Of a stretch of 64,000 nucleotides of DNA, positions 54,243 to 64,000 are shown piece by piece. Origin of the DNA: Chlorokybus atmophyticus (lineage: Eukaryota; Plantae; Mesostigma and Chlorokybus algae); the NCBI GenBank assembly GCA_009103225.1, contig RHPI01002823.1, forward strand, positions 907,797 through 971,796, given 5' to 3'. Position 1 is the first letter of the stretch; every line of letters starts with the position of its first letter. The translations under genes were made by a program, and so were the position numbers. The notes under the pieces are model-generated. The model had not been told where the DNA came from. It saw only the letters and a program-made list of their open reading frames with translations, and searched no databases.

Positions 54243-56311
54243 ATGGCGATAGCGATGGCGTTTACCACGACAACTACTGCGTTGCCCATAAACACTTTCC
54301 TGTCCTTCGGCATGAAAGCCCCCCTTCGTCAAAACTCGCACAGCTCATCTTCACCCCATAGCTCAAGCAACGGTTCACACTTGTGCCAAGTCAAGAGGCG
54401 GAGGAGAGGGTCGAAACTTACAATGCGGGTGACTTCAAGCTCGCTGGCGGATATTGGGGACAATGCGAAGCTCGCGGCGGAGGTCATGACTGGGTATAGA
54501 GATGAAGCGAAGGATAGGCTCCTCTCAGCGGTATGGTTTCGTGCAATGTGTTTACGCATCGGTTATTGTGTATGAGTGGACGTGCGCTTGTGTGCACGCG
54601 CATGCATGCACATGTCTATGCATGCATGTACATGCTGAACAACACGGCACAGCTGCACGGTTTGAAACCTACACATGACTTTCAGTGAAGTAGAGCACTG
54701 TATTCAACTGGTCAACACACGGTTTCATCATGAGCTACCGTGTGTCCTTGGGCAGATTCGTAGCTACAGCGGGCCGGAAGCTTTGGGCAATCTGTACACG
54801 AGCAGCTCGGAGGCGGGCAAGCCTGAGGTGCTCGAAGCTCTCCTGGCTTTGGAGAAGATGAACCCCACAACAACCCCAACAAAGTACTCATTATACAGGG
54901 CATGCTATGAGCATCATGCGCCTTGGTGTTGTGTTGTGATGGCAATGTTGTTGTTTTGCTGCAGTTCAACGTTGCTTGCTGGCGATTGGGAGTTTCTGTG
55001 GGCTGGCGGGAGCAGTCCGGGCCTCGTAGCCGCACAAGCTGTGCTTAGGTGAGAAGTGTTGTGAATTGCTCAACAATGTGTCCATCTCCAACTGGTTATG
55101 TGTTTGTGGTTGTGGCTGCACACTGTTGTGTTGCAATTCGCTTAGGTTGGACGACGTTGTTGTTGTGCAGAGCGCCAGTGCAAGGTCTTGCAAAGGTTGA
55201 GGGGATTGTTCTGTCTTTGAAGACGAACATAGCCGTGGCTAAAGCAACTTTGAGACTTCTGAGCTCGGTACTTAGACATGTGTGCGTGTGCGTGTGCGAG
55301 TGCGTGTGCGTGGGCGTGGGCGTGGGCGTGCACACAAATACACATGCAGACATACGCGTGTGAGTTTTTCCAACATATGCAGCACTTTTGAGCTGATGCG
55401 GTCTGTCTCATTGCAGCTGGAGCTTGATGTGACATTGAACACCACGTTGCTGATAGAGAGCGACGTTCGGTAAGCGCCACACCTAAACTCTCACGCTTAA
55501 GATGGTGGTTGTCAGCACTGAACTAACTAATCATGCCTTCAATTATACAGCTTGAAAGAAGCGTACGAGTCAGGCTTCATCTCCACGTTGCGCGTGCCTC
55601 CAGGAGAGTCCCCGCAGGTACGGCTGTTGTTGGATGTTGATGAGCCTGGTACTAAAAACCCCACTTGGTGATATGTGTGCAAACTCCCCCGCAGGGTGTG
55701 GCGGCGTTGTTGTCTAGTTCAGGGTTGCTCGGCCTCGGCGAGTCCATAGTTGGCAAGGGCATCAGCATCCCACTAGGTAAGTAAAAATTATCGTTGGCCA
55801 TGTATTCGCTCCATGTAGAGCGTGTAGTGCATTGCACCAATACATCCAGACATTGTCTGGATGTGAGCATATATGACTACACAAATGCGCGCCCACAGAG
55901 GCAAACACGCACGTGTACATACGCGTGCTTGTACCAATGCATACACATATGCATATGCGCACATATGTGTGCGTGCACACGCACCTGCACACGCATGGAC
56001 ACACACCTTTGCTGCAGGTTTGACTGGGGTCCAGCGAACTCTTTACATCACCTACTTGGACGAGGAGCTTCTGGTGCGTGCATGACTCACTGCATTGCTC
56101 ATTTGACGCTGCCCAAACTGCATGCCCTCATTCGGGCTCATTGTGCTTGTGTCTGCTGTTTGGCACCTATGCGATGTTACTGTTGTAATATCATACCCTC
56201 CTCATGGGATTGCAGATTGCACGGGACGCTCAAGGCCTGCCAGACATTCTCGCAAGGTTGCCGCCATTGAACACATTAGAGTCCGATCCAATCCTGGAAT
56301 ACGACTCATAA
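54243..56311 (+). CDS. Plastid lipid-associated protein / fibrillin, FBN7-like, multi-exon
   Basis: Ser/Thr-rich transit peptide; EALLALEKMNPTTTPT, LAGDWEFLWAGGSSPG, ESDVR|LKEAY, QRTLYITYLDEELL|IARDAQGLPDIL. Confidence 0.85.
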
Positions 56312-56447
56312 CATCCCAACCAACATGGCAACATACTCAGTACATTGACAACAAGCCTCATCTAATAAAACAGAGCCTATTGGCACGCCTGGTAGTAGCA
56401 GCCCCGCGCCGATGCATAATAAGTGTATACGTGTCTCATGTTTTGGT

Positions 56448-59400
56448 TCAGTTTGTGACTGTGAGTGAAGTGGCCGGTGCGGATTCTATGCACGGTCTGT
56501 TGTCTTGCGTGCTGGAGCAAAACCCCTCTTTGCCCGTTGCGCACGCCTCGCCCTCGTCATCACGGCATCGCACAAAACAACCCACGGCGTCCCTCACCTG
56601 TGCATGACATGTTGGTCTGTTCAGGCGGTATAACACATGTTGGTATGCACCATTGCGCACGCATTGCAACTTGGGGTCACTGTTGAGGTGGAGCAGTTCT
56701 TGCGCATGACGGCTGTTTTGATGTCATTGGTATCATGCAATATTGCAAAGACTGCATGGTTGATGGTGACAATGCAGCTGGTGAATGCTTACTGATTGCA
56801 ACAAGCACCGATCAACCTAGCCTTGGGCTAGTGCATGCCACACATGCAATGCGCATGTTTCTTCAAAACTTGTACCCTCTACAACCAGGTCATGGTGTGG
56901 AATTAAGCATTGGGGCAATGTTGGTCATAGCGTGTTGTTTATAGCGTCGTGGAACTCGGGGAGCTCACCTTGCAGAATCCCAACTTCGGCACAGGATACG
57001 GCGCCTGGCCGTTGCAATACGCCGCCTGAGAGCACCCCTCGCAGAGAGTGTCTAACACCGCAACACGCACTTCATGTCAGTGACACAGTCTCACAACAAA
57101 CCACAACCTAGTGACTCATTCAATGATTTGGCCATCCAGTCATTGCGTTGTCGCTTCACTTCTTGAGCCAGTAATGACAAATCCACACATGCACAGCATT
57201 GCATATATTCTACACTCCAGTTTCCGGTTCTTCATTTGATCAGACCTTTGCCTGAGTTATATCAGTCGTATATGCATTCATCCGCTCACTCTGACTCCTT
57301 CTGTTCAATCATTCCATGCCGCACCAGTCTCTCCACCACCAACACATCCACCCAAACACACTCACCTATGATGCATTGGTGCTTGAAGCTCATCCTCCCC
57401 GCGTGCTTCCGTATCAGCCCCTCGATCATCGGCATCTCGCTGTTGTCGCGCGGCTGCTGCCGGTCGTTCGGCTCCTCGGAGTCGAAATAGTGGTAAGGGA
57501 CCCAACTGGGACAAGAGCAGTGAGGCATGAGTTATGTCGAAGAGTGGTTGTGCATGTGTAAATGTGCGTGCAGGGTGGTTGAGCAGGTGCGTACGCGCGC
57601 ACGCGCATACACGCGTGTACATGCACACCTACTCGTGAACCTGTACGCTTGGGCATGCCAGCAGGCATGCACAGACGCGCGCGTGTGCGTGTGTGCATGC
57701 CTGTGCGCATTAGGAAACAATGCATCCGTGTGCGCAGCAGCGCGCGTAGATATACACACGCACACGCCTGTGTGCACAAGTGTGCGTGCGCGTGCGCATG
57801 CGCATGGACGCGTATGTCTGTTTAAGCATTTGCAGACACCTATGCACACGCACACACGCACACACGCACATGCACGCACACGCGCACGCACGCATCCATG
57901 TGGTGTACCCTCTCCAGGAGCGCAGGAAGCCGTACACATCCACCTTCTCGCACAGCAGCAGAGCCAGGTTGAGACCAAAATAGCCGTTGGTCGGCTGCTG
58001 CATCTCCTCCGTAACAACCTGGGCAAGGACATAAGCAAATCAGACGTCCATACAACATGAGCAACATATTTTCTTTATGCGCTGGCATAGTTAAGCGCTT
58101 TCCCTCGTCAGCCATCTGAGAAACACACTTGCACACAAGGTGATGTTTATGTATCAGATGATGGTTGGTTTGTGAATGGAGCCACGCACGCACGCACGCA
58201 CGCACACGCACAATTCTATGCAGTATACACGCAGTGCATCACCACATGCTTCCCCCCCCCAATCCTTTCCCTTCCCCCCTCACGTGTTTGTAGAATTCTC
58301 TGTCGATGGCGTACGTCCTCATGTCCCGGTTCCGCCTCTTCAGCCGCACGAACTGGCGCCACGTGTCGGAGATCGTCACGTGCTGGAGGACTGACTCCGA
58401 GGGGGTCTCACGAAACCCAAAGTCTATCACACATGTGAGGGTGTGAGAGTTAGTATGTGTGTGTGTGCTTGTGGGTGTGTTGTTGCAAGTTATTGAGGGC
58501 TTACGGAGGCGATTGACGAGGCGTATGGTGGTTTTGCTTCCCGCGTACCGCTCGTGACCCTGCGGTGGTATTGCATCAGCATGACATCAACTTGATGAAG
58601 TGAGTGAATCTAGTGTGTGAGTATTTCTCAAGTCAGTCACACAATTCACAGCCAAGAAGCAACACATGTCTGAAGCCCAGGTTGTGTTCAGCAACAGCGA
58701 TGTGTCTACCAACTCGATGAGGCAGTCAATGAAGAATGCAGTCTGTTGACTCGTACCTTGACTGGGGCAAGGTTGAACCGAAACACGGCGTCATGCGCGT
58801 CAATTTCCGCTCCACGTGGCTTCACAAATCCAAAACAAAACAGTAAGCCACACAACAACAATGCCAACAACAATAGCAAGAACAACAACCACAACCACAA
58901 CCACAACAATAGTAATGTCAACCACAACGCCAACGAACAACGAGGACGACGACAACCACGTTATCACCACCACCCCAACTATTCACACAACAAAAACAGT
59001 ATCAACACGAGCAACAACAACAACAACAACTTCCCCCCCACCCCACCCCCCACCTCATGCTTGAGCAGTCCCGCGCTCCCCACGACCGCGCAGCTCCCGT
59101 ACTTCACTTCTTTGAAAACGTCTTCTCTCGGCAGCGCACTGAACGCCTCGTCGGTCATCTCCCCGAGCGTCCGCGGCTTCTTGCTGGAGGAGACCCAGAC
59201 GGTGTTGATGGTGGAACCGGGCTTGGGGGAGGTGCGGCGGTTCATGGAGATGGTGGGACGCTTGGGGTATACAAAGGGGGAGGGGGAGGGGGAGGGNNNN
59301 NNNNNNNNNNNNNNNNNNNNNNNNNNNNNNNNNNNNNNNNNNNNNNNNNNNNNNNNNNNNNNNNNNNNNNNNNNNNNNNNNNNNNNNNNNNNNNNNNNNN

Positions 59401-60585
59401 NNNNNNNNNNNNNNNNNNNNNNNNNNNNNNNNNNNNNNNNNNNNNNNNNNNNNNNNNNNNNNNNNNNNNNNNNNNNNNNNNNNNNNNNNNNNNNNNNNNN
59501 NNNNNNNNNNNNNNNNNNNNNNNNNNNNNNNNNNNNNNNNNNNNNNNNNNNNNNNNNNNNNNNNNNNNNNNNNNNNNNNNNNNNNNNNNNNNNNNNNNNN
59601 NNNNNNNNNNNNNNNNNNNNNNNGGGGGAGGGGGAGGGGGAGGGGGAGGGGGTGGAGGATAGAGAGGGTGGGGTGGGGGTGTTGGTGGTGGGGTGGAGGG
59701 AACGGAATTGGGCGATGCGGTCTTGTAGTACCTGTGGGTGGGTGTGAGCGCGTGCATGCGCGTGCATGTAAATGCGTGCCTTCGTGCATACATGCATGTG
59801 TGTGCGCGTGCATTTGTGTGCGTGCGTTTGTGTGCACATGCATGCGCGTGCGCATGTGTGCGTGCCTTCTTGCGTACGTGTGTGCGTGCATACATATGTA
59901 TGAGCGTGTATTTGTGTACACATATGTGCGCGCGTGTGCATCTGCACGTGCTTGTACGCGTAGGCGATGTGGAATACAGGTGATTGTCGTTGTGTTATGT
60001 CATGTTGCTGAAAACTTCCATGGTAAGACAGCAACGTTGTTGTGGTCTTACTTGTTGTGGGACTTGTACTTGTTGTTGCTGTGCTTGCACTTGCACACGC
60101 GGTTGCAGTTGTGTCCGCAGCGGTTGCGTCGCTGCTTGCTGTCTCTGTTGCGCGCGTGTCTGAGGCTGCCAATCAATATCAACAGAACTGTCTAGGACTT
60201 CTCCTCTCCTTGCAAGCGACCATCCACCCTGTAGGTCGTGTCAAGATGTTGAGCTTGGTGATTGATCGTAAAGATAATGCTGATGGTGAGGATGTTGTCG
60301 TCGTTGTTGCGGCACTATACATCGCAACATTTAGAGGTCGCTTTCAGCTTTGCGTAACATTGTATTCTACAACAGCAACAACAGCAACAACAACACCCAT
60401 CAGTCAACCAGGCACTCGACCTTAACTACTCACTAACTCACTCCAAATATCAACCAACCATTGGATCCATCCACACAATCACTCAACCAACATACCAGCG
60501 TATGTCTGACCTCCTGTACAGTAAACACAACTGCCAAAGCGGCCACCACGCCTAGCAGAAATGCCCTTCTTTGCCCAGCCGCCAT
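56448..60585 (-). CDS. GT29 sialyltransferase-like type II membrane glycosyltransferase with (Ser-Pro)n stem; N-gap inside the stem exon
   Basis: N-terminal anchor MAAGQRRAFLLGVVAALAVVFTVQE; sialylmotif L CAVVGSAGLL...GAEIDAHDAVFRFN...GSKTTIRLVN; motif S PTNGYFGLNLALLLCEKVDVYGF; YHYFD; Cys-rich C-terminal exons. Confidence 0.85.
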
Positions 60586-61130
60586 ACTTGCAGACTGGAG
60601 CGTATCAGCATCACCAACAGTGCACTAGTCTGGTTGTGAAACAACTCACATCAGAACGCTGCATAGCGCAACGCACACTCATCCAATCAATTGACTATAT
60701 AAGCCAGTTTGTGGCCTTCTACTGCTTTCTGTTGCACATGATGATGGATGACACAGTGCTGAAAGGTGGTGGTGTCGATTTAACACTTGATGTCCTCCCC
60801 TCTGATGTCTCAATGGTCTTAGCACACGATCAGCTGCTCATAGTCCCTTGCCATTCTGAGATTGCATTCACCCTGCCATGTGTACTGCTTTGTTGTTAGG
60901 GTTGTTTGGTGCGTGTGCACTTGGCCCCCCCAAGCAAACTGTCTGTTCCGCTGTAGATCCACGGACGGCTGTGATTGCTGACATGCCACCACACAATACT
61001 TCGCAGCCGTTCGATTGCAACCTCACGTGATGACGAGCTGAGCGCTGTTAGGACAGATTTAGTCCCGATTGAGGTTTGAATCCAGGGGGCTGTTTGGGAC
61101 TGTGGCAAGGTTTAGAGTTGGGGCTTAGTT

Positions 61131-61167
61131 TTAGGGTTTTGCATGCAGTGAGCGCTTGACACGTGGC
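61131..61167. promoter_or_regulatory. Telo-box (TTAGGGTTT, 61131-61139) and G-box/ABRE (CACGTGGC, 61160-61167) in the divergent GT29/ILP1 promoter
   Basis: Exact motifs 34-70 nt upstream of the ILP1-like ATG. Confidence 0.4.
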
Positions 61168-61200
61168 ACAGTTGGCGGCGGTGGCAGCGGCGGGGTTAGG

Positions 61201-64000
61201 ATGAAGCAGAGGGCGTACCGTCGGAAGGCGGTGGATGGAGAGGGGGAGGGGGATGGTCGGGAGGATGGAGGGAAGGGGGAGGGGGAGGCGACCGCTCCCG
61301 CCCCCGCTTCTGCGGCCAAGACCAAGCAGGTCAAGGAGAAGCAGAAGGTGAAGCCCAGACTGTAATTGACCTTGTACTTGTATAAGCCTTGACTTACACG
61401 ACATTCGGAACGTCAACGACATGCATGTTTACGGCATCCAACATGTTTCATTTAGCGTTGACGTTGATGTCTACATTCAACGAATCTCATTCATTGTTGG
61501 TATCCAGACGTTGCGATTATCCATACTTGAATAAATCATAGGCACATACTCTATAGGACATAGTGTTAGTGCGTGCTTTATCACATCTTGTGCTTGTGTT
61601 TTGCAGTATACGTCCCTCGCTCTTTTAAGTTTACTTGGTTATCAACTGCGTGTAATTAGGCCTATCCTAGTCCAAGTAGGCAGCTTGCGTAGCACCATGC
61701 GTTGATCATGACGTTGAGAAGTGTCTCTGTCGACTGTGCTCTACTTGCTTAGCCAAGCGATGCACACGCACATGCGCATTGTACAGTAACACCAGCACAA
61801 CAGCCATTTACGTAGTCAATCTGATGTTAACTTGGAGCTGTTATATTCTGTGCGCAAGCAGTCAAGCACAGCACAATATTATTTGTCGACTGCATTGGTC
61901 ATTCTTGCATGCACGGAACAGGAGCATGCAAACAAGATTGTTCGTGGACGCACTCATGATCAGTAATGTGTTGTGCTGTACGTATGGCACAGCGCTTGTT
62001 ACTGTTAAATGATCAACCTGATCACTCACATTCTTGTGTCTCGTGCATGTAACAGGATCGCCCGCAGCGTGCAGCAACACTCTTGTCTTTCGGCGACGAG
62101 GAGGATCACGCGCTTCACGTGCCGCCGCCATCCTCATCAATGCAGGGGGCGGGCAGAAGCAAGAAGTCATCTGCCGCGTCAGCCGTCCACACCGTCAACG
62201 GCCGCAAAGACCGCTCGGCGCCTGTCGACGTGGCACCGGTTGCGAGCGTCGTCTCCAACATACGCGCACAGGTTTGTAGTGTGCAACGATGTTGTGTGGG
62301 TGAGGGTGTGCATGCCTAATCCCTCGATGCGTGCACACACGCACACATTTGTGTATCAGTGCGCGTCAGTCCTACAAATGGTGTGAGTCAGCATTGCTTC
62401 TTGTGCACAATGTTTTGCGCATGTTGTGCAGCATGTGTGTTGTGCAACATCTTCACATACACTCAGCATCCTTCTTGAAACTTTGCACTGCAGCCTGTAG
62501 TCCGGAGGAGGCACGTGTGCTGTTGTGCGTTGACATATCTCGTTGGTTATATGCACAACAGGCCGGCGAGTACACGGCAGAGAAGCTTGCAGAACTGGCC
62601 AAAAACGCGATCCGCGTCGGAGCGCCGGTGATCAAGCCTCTGTCGGCAGCCGAGCCGAACGCCATCCTCATCAAAGGAGGGTTCAAGCCCGCGGGATCGT
62701 CCTCGTTCGCTACGCCAACAGCCGTGCCTGTCAGGTGAGCTGGTGAGGAGCAAACAGTCCAGTGCGCTGGTAACATGCTGGTTGGTTGTGCCAGTTACTC
62801 TGCCACAACAATCCTGACTAGTTGCAGATTTTGCTTCTGTTTGCTGCGTGTGGTGTTTTGTTGCATAAGCATGTGCAGTGTTAACTAACAACGGGTCGTG
62901 CACACCCTGTGCAAAGAAACAGTGTGTACCAAAGTGTAATTATGCGTGATATGATAACCTCAGAATCACAGTCAATGATGGCATGCATTGCTTGCAGCAT
63001 TACATGTGCATATTTCTGTCATTCAGGCCAACAATAGCAGAGCCCGCAGCAGAGCTGGACTCCGACGCCCTCTCCGCCGCATTGCCTCCTCCTCCTCGTC
63101 TCACGTCCGCCAGCGCCGCCGACGTTGTCGGCGGCATCCCGGACGCGGCCACCATCGCGGCACTCAAAGCCAAAAGGGAACGGATGCGGGCGGCGGGAGG
63201 GGCAGCAGATTACATATCGTTGAGTGGACCGGGGAGGGGACTGCAGGACAGTGTAAGTCGGGAGGATGGTTAGAGTTGTTGGGGATCAGTGGTTTGGTCA
63301 TGCAAAGACATGTGGCATGTGTGTTTGTCTGTGTACACGCATGCAAACACAGAGCAGCTATTTGTCATAACGTGTGTACAAGTTGTCCATGTGTGCGCGT
63401 GCGCACGCGCGCGGGTGTGCAACGCAGTCTACTGCATTGTTGTTGTGCATGCTCTCTCCATTGCGAGTGTTGTAACGCAAGCGCAGGTTTTGTATCGTTT
63501 TGTAACAAGTTGAATTTGACTTCAGGATCGGAAGAATGGCGAGGAGCTTGACGACAGCGATGCCGAGGACCGCGAGGATGTGGTGCGCAGGCCGTTCGGC
63601 AAGGAGGCGTCGACGACTGCTGCTTCTTCTGCCATGAATGTCTCTGCTATGGATGGCTCAAGTGGCGTACTCGAGGCTGAAGATGAAGACGAGGCGTGGG
63701 AGATGGAACAGATGCGGAAGGGTGTCGGACGAAGGCCAGGCAAGCATGACTTTTGTGTTGTCACTGGCAATGTGCATATCACACATGAGACTGTCCACGC
63801 CATGCAACATTAGCATTAGTAGTTTGCGTTGGCAGTTTGCATGTAAGAATGCTTTGGGTTGTTGGACATTGTGTGGTATTTTGTATTAGGTTGTTGTCAT
63901 CAAATGTGTATTCTCTTGTTTTCAGCGGCAGCGCATGAGAATGGAGCGAGTGCGACCCCCGCTGTGGCAACCGCCTACGGCGCCAGCAACTTGACGGCTG
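61201..64000 (+). CDS. ILP1: ILP1 / PAXBP1 (GCFC) family GC-rich DNA-binding and splicing factor, 3'-incomplete
   Basis: MKQRAYRRK..., LLSFGDEED, QAGEYTAEKLAELAKN, IPDAATIAALKAKRERMR...DYISL and EDEAWEMEQMRKG. Confidence 0.85.

Overview
Intron-rich green-lineage eukaryotic DNA, probably from a streptophyte (charophyte-type) alga; this is inferred from the plant-like proteins, telo-boxes and GT-AG/GC-AG introns. Host genes supported by spliced motifs: dehydroascorbate reductase (-), MTM1-like mitochondrial carrier (+), cullin-1 (+), organellar lysyl-tRNA synthetase (+), SKIP17-like F-box (+), violaxanthin-de-epoxidase-related VDR (-), FBN7-like fibrillin (+), GT29 sialyltransferase-like (-) and ILP1/GCFC (+, runs off the window). 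The accessory region at 22-46 kb is a tandem triplication of an orphan F-box-like gene. One copy is split by an 11.2-kb decayed Ty3/Gypsy LTR retrotransposon (27848-39056, - strand, 4-bp TSD GCTC). The standout feature is a complete C5 cytosine DNA methyltransferase (DNMT3/DRM-like) domain embedded in frame in this element's pol, between protease and RT. The element also shows a Tf1-like self-priming signature instead of a tRNA PBS, and asymmetric, tandem terminal repeats. Other items are a Penelope-like RT fragment with no C-terminal endonuclease, a 123-nt fold-back downstream of CUL1, and two smaller insertions. N-gaps lie at 29105-29247 and 59297-59623. All homology calls come from motif recognition by eye; no searches were run, and intron-spanning coordinates are gene spans.
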